Below are positions 56,001-64,000 of a stretch of DNA of 64,000 nt, piece by piece. The DNA comes from Eledone cirrhosa. Taxonomy: Eukaryota. How positions within the stretch are numbered: the stretch's first letter is position 1; each line of letters starts with the position of its first letter. Where the stretch lies: assembly GCA_964016885.1 (NCBI GenBank), contig OZ024742.1:261454001-261518000 (forward strand), written 5' to 3'. Under the pieces are notes generated by a model. It saw only the letters and a list, made by a program, of their open reading frames with translations, was not told where the DNA came from and searched no databases. The translations under genes were made by a program, and so were the position numbers.

Positions 56001-59000
56001 CTACAATAGCAACGGTAGTAACGACAGCAACAACTACAATAGCAACGGCAGTAACGACAGCAACAACTACAATAGCAACGGCAGTAACGACAGCAACAAC
56101 TACAATATCAACGGCAGTAACGACATCAACAACTACAATAATAACGGTAGTAACGACAGCAAAAAGTACAATAACAACGGCAGTAACGACAGCAACAACT
56201 ACAATAGCAACGGCAGTAACGACAGCAACAACTACAATAGCAACGGCAGTAACGACAGCAACAACTACAATAGCAACGACAGTAACGACAGCAACAACTA
56301 CAATAGCAACGGCAGTAACGACAGCAACAACTACAATAGAAACGGCAGTAACGACACAAACAACTACAATAGCAACGACAGTGACGACAGCAACAACTAC
56401 AATAGCAACGACAGTAACGACAGCAACAACTACAATAGCAACGACAGTAACGACAGCAACAACTACAATAGCAACGGCAGGAACGACAGCAACAACTACA
56501 ATAGCAACGGTAGTAACGACAGCAACAACTACAATAGCAACGGCAGTAACGACAGCAACAACTACAATAGCAATGGCAGTAACGACAGCAACAACTACAA
56601 TAGCAACGGTAGTAACGACAACAAAAACTACAATAACAACGGCAGTAACGACAGCAACAACTACCATAGCAACGGCAGTAACGACAGCAACAACTACAAT
56701 AGCAACGGCAGTAACGACAGCAACAACTACAATAGCAACGACAGCAACAACTACGATAGCAACGACAGTAACGACAGCAACAACTACAATAGCAACGGCA
56801 GTAACGACAGCAACAACTATAATAGCAACGGCAGTAACGACAGCAACAACTACAATAGCAACGACAGTAACGACAGCAACAACTACAATAGCAACGGCAG
56901 TAACGACAGCAACAACTACAATAGCAACGGCAGTAACGACAGCAACAACTACAATGGCAAGGACAGTAACGACAGCAACAACTACAATAGCAACGACAGC
57001 AACAACTACAATAGCAACGGTAGTAATGACAGCAACAACTACAATAGCAACGACAGTAACGACAGCAACAACTACAATAGCAACGGTAGTAACGATAGCA
57101 ACAACTACAATAGCAACGGTAGTAACGACAGCAACAACTACAATAGCAACGGCAGTAACGACAGCAACAACTACAATAGCAACGGCAGTAACGACAGCAA
57201 CAACTACAATAGCAACGGCAGTAACGACATCAACAACTACAATAATAACGGTAGTAACGACAGCAAAAACTACAATAACAACGGCAGTAACGACAGCAAC
57301 AACTACAATAGCAACGGCAGTAACGACAGCAACAACTACAATAGCAACGGCAGTAACGACAGCAACAACTACAATAGCAACGACAGTAACGACAGCAACA
57401 ACTACAATAGCAACGGCAGTAACGACAGCAACAACTACAATAGAAACGGCAGTAACGACACAAACAACTACAATAGCAACGACAGTGACGACAGCAACAA
57501 CTACAATAGCAACGACAGTAACGACAGCAACAACTACAATAGCAACGACAGTAACGACAGCAACAACTACAATAGCAACGGCAGGAACGACAGCAACAAC
57601 TACAATAGCAACGGTAGTAACGACAGCAACAACTACAATAGCAACGGCAGTAACGACAGCAACAACTACAATAGCAATGGCAGTAACGACAGCAACAACT
57701 ACAATAGCAACGGTAGTAACGACAACAAAAACTACAATAACAACGGCAGTAACGACAGCAACAACTACCATAGCAACGGCAGTAACGACAGCAACAACTA
57801 CAATAGCAACGGCAGTAACGACTGCAACAACTACAATAGCAACGACAGCAACAACTACGATAGCAACGACAGTAACGACAGCAACAACTACAATAGCAAC
57901 GGCAGTAACGACAGCAACAACTACAATAGAAACGGCAGTAACGACAGCAACAACTACAATAGCAACGACAGTGACGACAGCAACAACTACAATAGTAACG
58001 GCAGTAACGACAGCAACAACTACAATAGCAACGACAGTAACGAGTGCAACAACTACAATAGCAACGGCAGTAACGAGAGCAACAACTACAATAGCAACGG
58101 TAGTAACGACAGCAACAACTACAATAGCAACAGCAGTAACGACAGCAACAACTACAATAGCAACGAGAGTAACGACAGCAACAACTACAATAGCAACGAC
58201 AGTAACGACAGCAACAACTACAATAGCAACGACAGTAACGACAGGAATAACTACAATAGCAACGGCAGTAACGACAGCAACAACTACAATAGCAACGACA
58301 GCAACAACTACAATAGCAACGACAGTAACGACAGCAACAACTACAATAGCAACGGCAGTAACGACAGCAACAACTACAATAGCAACGGCAGTAACGACAG
58401 CAACAACTACAATAGCAACGGTAGTAACGACAGCAACAACTACAATAGCAACGGTAGTAACGACAGCAACAACTACAATAGCAACGACAGTAACGACAGC
58501 AACAACTACAATAGCAACGGCAGTAACGACAGCTACAACTACAATATCAACGACAGTAACGACAGCTACAACTACAATAACAACGGCAATAACGACAGCA
58601 ACAACTACAATAGCAACGGCAGTAATGACAGCAACAACTACAATACCAACGGCAGTAACGACAGCAACAACTACAATAGCAACGGTAGTAACGACAGCAA
58701 CAACTACAATAGCAACGGCAGTAACGACAGCAAAGACGACAATATCAACGGCAGTAACGACAGCAACAACTACAATAGCAACGGCAGTAACGACATCAAC
58801 AACTACAATAGCAACGGCAGTAACGACAGCAACAACTACAATAGCAACGACAGCAACAAGTACAATAGCAACGACAGTAACGACAGCAACAACTACAATA
58901 GCAACGGCAGTAACGAGAGCAACAACTACAATAGAAGCGGCAGTAACGACAGCAACAACTACAATAGCAACGACAGTGACGACAGCAACAACTACAATAG

Positions 59001-62000
59001 CAACGACAGTAAGGACAGCAACAACTACAATAGCAACGGCAGTAACGACAGCAACAACTACAATAGCAACGACAGCAACAACTACAATAGCAACGATAGT
59101 AACGACATCAACAACAGTAACGACAGCAACAACTACAATAGCAACGGTAGTAACGACAGCAACAACTACAATAGCAATGGCAGTAACGACAGCAACAACT
59201 ACAATAGCAACGGCAGTAACGACAGCAACAACTACAATAGCAACGACAGCAACAAGTACAATAGCAACGACAGTAACGACAGCAACAACTACAATAGCAA
59301 CGGCAGTAACGACAGCAACAACTACAATAGAAACGGCAGTAACGACAGCAACAACTACAATAGCAACGACAGTGACGACAGCAACAACTACAATAGCAAC
59401 GACAGTAAGGACATCAACAACTACAATAGCAACGGCAGTAACGACAGCAACAACTACAATAGCAACGACAGTAACGACAGCAACATCTACAATAGCAACG
59501 GCAGGAACGACAGCAACAACTACAATAGCAACGACAGCAACAACTACAATAGCAACGATAGTAACGACAACAACAACAGTAACGACAGCAACAACTACAA
59601 TAGCAACGGTAGTAACGACAGCAACAACTACAATAGCAATGGCAGTAACGACAGCAACAACTACAATAGCAACGGCAGTAGCGACAGCAACAACTACAAT
59701 AGCAACGGCAGTAACGACAGCAACAACTACAATAGCAACGGCAGTAACGACAGCAACAACTACAATAGCAGCGGCAGTAATGACAGCAACAACTACAATG
59801 GCAATGGCAGTAACGACAGCAACAACTACAATAGCAACGGTAGTAACGACACCAAAAACTACAATATCAACGGCAGTAACGACAGCAACAACTACAATAG
59901 CAACGGCAGTAACGACAGCAACAACTACAATAGCAACGACAGCAGCAACTACAATAGCAACGACAGTAACGACAGCAACAACTACAATAGCAACGACAGT
60001 AACGACAGCAACAACTACAATAGCAGCGCCAGGAACGACAGCAACAACTACAATATAAACGGCAGTAACGACAGCAACAACTACAATAGCACCGACAGCA
60101 ACGACAGCAACAACTACAATAGCAACGGAGGTAACGACAGCAACAACTACAATAGCAACGACAGTAACGACAGCAACAACTACAATAGCAACGGCAGTAA
60201 CGACAACAACAACTACAATAGCAACGGAGGTAACGACAGCAACAACTACAATAGCAACGGCAGTAACGACAGCAACAACTACAATAGCAACGGCAGTAAC
60301 GACAACAACAACTACAATAACAATGGCAGTAACGACAGCAACAACTACAATAGCAACGGTAGTAACGACAGCAACAACTACAATAGCAACGGCAGTAACG
60401 ACAGCAACAACTACAATAGCAACGGTAGTAACCACAGCAACAACTACAATAGCAACGGTAGTAACGACAGCAACAACTACAATAGCAACGACAGTAACGA
60501 CAGCAACAACTACAATACCAAAGGCAGTAACGACAGCAACAACTACAATAGCAACGGTAGTAACGACAGCAACAACTACAATAGTAACGACAGCAACAAC
60601 TACAATAGCAACGGCAGTAACGGCAGTAACGACAACAACAACTACAATAGCAACGGCAGTAACGACAGCAACAACTACAATTGCAAGGGCAGTAACGACA
60701 GCAACAAATACAATAGCAACGGTAGTAACGACAGCAACAATTACAATAGCAACGACAGCAACAACTACAATAGCAACGATAGTAACGACAACAACAACAG
60801 TAACGACAGCAACAACTACAATAGCAACGGTTGTAACGACAGCAACAACTACAATAGCAATGGCAATAACGACAGCAACAACTACAATAGCAACGGCAGT
60901 AACGACAGCAACAACTACAATAGCAACGGCAGTAACGACAGCAACAACTACAATTGCAACGGCAGTAACGACAGCAACAACTACAATAGCAACGGTAGTA
61001 ACGACAGCAACAACTACAATAGCAATGGCAGTAACGACAGCAACAACTACAATAGCAACGGTAGTAACGACAGCAACAACTACAATAGCAACGGCAGTAA
61101 CGACAGCAAAAACTACAATAGCAACGGCAGCAACGACAGCAACAACTACAATAGCAACGGCAGTAACGAGAGCAACAACTACAATAGCAATGGCAGTAAC
61201 GACAGCAACAACTACAATAGCAACGGTAGTAACGACACCAAAAACTACAATAGCAACGGCAGTAATGACAGCAACAACTACAATAGCAACGGCAGTAACG
61301 ACAGCAACAACTACAATAGCAACGACAGCAACAACTACAATAGCAACGACAGTAACGACAGCAACAACTACAATAACAACGACAGTGACGACAGCAACAA
61401 CTACAATAGCGACGGCAGGAACGACAGTAACAACTACAATAGAAACGGCAGTAACGACAGCAACAACTACAATAACAACGACAGTGACGACAGCAACAAC
61501 TACAATAGCAACGACAGTAAGGACAGCAACAACTACAATAGCAACGGCAGTAACGACAGCAACAACTACAATAACAACGACAGTAACGACAGCAACAACT
61601 ACAATATCAACGGCAGTAACGACAACAACAACTACAATAGCAACGACAGTAACGACAGCAACAACTACAATAGCAACGACAGTAACGAGAGCAACAACTA
61701 CAATAGCAACGACAGTAACGACAGCAACAACTACAATAGCAACGGCAGGAACGACAGCAACAACTACAATAGCAACGGCAGTAACGACAGCAACAACTAC
61801 AATAGCAACGACAGTAACGACAGCAACAACTACAATAGCAACGACAGTAACTACAGCAACAACTACAATAACAACGACAGTAACGACAGCAATATCTACA
61901 ATAGCAACGGCAGTAACGACAACAACAACTACAATAGCAACAACAGCAACAACTACAATAGCAACGGTAGTAACGACAGCAACAACTACAATAGCAACGG

Positions 62001-64000
62001 TAGTAACGACAGCAACAACTACAATAGCAACGACAGTAACGACAGCAACAACTACAATAGCAACGGAGGTAACGACAGCAACAACTACAATAACAACGGC
62101 AGTAACGACAGCAACAACTACAATAGCAACGGCAGTAACGACAACAACAACTACAATAGCAACGGCAGTAACGACAGCAACAACTACAATAGCAACGGCA
62201 GTAACGACAGCAACAACTACAATAGCAATGGCAGTAACGACAGCAACAACTACAATAGCAACGGTAGTAACCACAGCGACAACTACAATAGCAACGGTAG
62301 TAACGACAGCAACAACTACAATAGCAACGACAGTAACGACAGCAACAACTACAATACCAAAGGCAGTAACGACAGCAACAACTACAATAGCAACGGTAGT
62401 AACGACAGCAACAACTACAATAGTAACGACAGTAACGACAGCAACAACTACAATAGCAACGGCAGTAACGGCAGTAACGACAGCAACAACTACAATAGCA
62501 ACGGCAGTAACGACAGCAACAACTACAATAGCAAGGGCAGTAACGACAGCAACAAATACAATAGCAACGGTAGTAACGACAGCAACAACTACAATAGCAA
62601 CGACAGTAACGACAGCAACATCTACAATAGCAACGGCAGTAACGACAGCAACAACTACAATAGCAACGACAGCAACAACTACAATAGCAACGATAGTAAC
62701 GACAACAACAACAGTAACGACAGCAACAACTACAATAGCAACGGTAGTAACGACAGCAACAACTACAATAGCAATGGCAGTAACGACAGCAACAACTACA
62801 ATAGCAACGGCAGTAACGACAGCAACAACTACAATAGCAACGGCAGTAACGACAGCAACAACTACAATTGCAACGGCAGTAACGACAGCAACAACTACAA
62901 TAGCAACGGTAGTAACGACAGCAACAACTACAATAGCAATGGCAGTAACGACAGCAACAACTACAATAGCAACGGTAGTAACGACAGCAACAACTACAAT
63001 AGCAACGGCAGTAACGACAGGAAGAACTACAATAGCAACGGCAGTAACGACAGCAACAACTACAATAGCAACGGCAGTAACGAGAGCAACAACTACAATA
63101 GCAATGGCAGTAACGACAGCAACAACTACAATAGCAACGGTAGTAACGACACCAAAAACTACAATAACAACGACAGTAACGACAGCAATATCTACAATAG
63201 CAACGGCAGTAACGACAACAACAACTACAATAGCAACAACAGCAACAACTACAATAGCAATGGTAGTAACGACAGCAACAACTACAATAGCAACGACAGT
63301 AACGACAGCAACAACTACAATAGCAACGGAGGTAACGACAGCAACAACTACAATAGCAACGACAGTAACGACAGCAACAACTACAATAGCAACGGCAGTA
63401 ACGACAACAACAACTACAATAGCAACGGCAGTAACGACAGCAACAACTACAATAGCAACGGCAGTAACGACAGCAACAACTACAATAGCAACGGCAGTAA
63501 CGACAGCAACAACTACAATAGCAACGGTAGTAACCACAGCAACAACTACAATAGCAACGGTAGTAACGACAGCAACAACTACAATAGCAACGACAGTAAC
63601 GACAGCAACAACTACAATACCAAAGGCAGTAACGACAGCAACAACTACAATAGCAACGGTAGTAACGACAGCAACAACTACAATAGTAACGACAGTAACG
63701 ACAGCAACAACTACAATAGCAACGGCAGTAACGGCAGTAACGACAGCAACAACTACAATAGCAACGGCAGTAACGACAGCAACAACTACAATAGCAAGGG
63801 CAGTAACGACAGCAACAAATACAATAGCAACGGTAGTAACGACAGCAACAACTACAATAGCAACGACAGTAACGACAGCAACATCTACAATAGCAACGGC
63901 AGTAACGACAGCAACAACTACAATAGCAACGACAGCAACAACTACAATAGCAACGATAGTAACGACAACAACAACAGTAACGACAGCAACAACTACAATA
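53060..64000. repeat. >10.9 kb 33-bp minisatellite (gcaacaactacaatagcaacggcagtaacgaca) with 24-bp variants
   Basis: Continuous tandem array running off the end of the window. Confidence 0.98.

Noticed and set aside
55531-63537. 2668-aa Val/Ala-rich minus-strand ORF
   Set aside because: Antisense reading of the 33-bp minisatellite; its composition is implausible for a protein.
53060-64000. CRISPR-like regular spacing
   Set aside because: No unique spacers, no cas genes, eukaryotic context.

Overview
AT-rich, microsatellite-saturated eukaryotic (metazoan) DNA. The SINE-like sequences and repeat landscape resemble an octopus/cephalopod genome (inference). Most ORFs in the track are microsatellite artefacts. 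One convincing host exon is present: a ~1.9 kb minus-strand exon encoding a long low-complexity N-terminus that runs into the first half of a CD225/dispanin domain. There is also one weaker candidate terminal exon. The rest is mobile DNA: decayed Penelope-like elements (RT and GIY-YIG remnants), an internally deleted LTR element with an in-frame Gag/integrase-tail ORF, R4/Dong-like and CRE-like RLE non-LTR fragments, two back-to-back Helitrons, a TTAA MITE, many SINEs, a 5 kb CAC-rich array and an 11 kb 33-bp minisatellite. The most notable signal is about 11 hammerhead-ribozyme motifs plus several degenerate or half copies. They sit in short, mostly ORF-less, pLTR/retrozyme-like units next to (TA)n tracts, often in inverted or foldback arrangements. 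All calls are by eye; no folding or database search was run.
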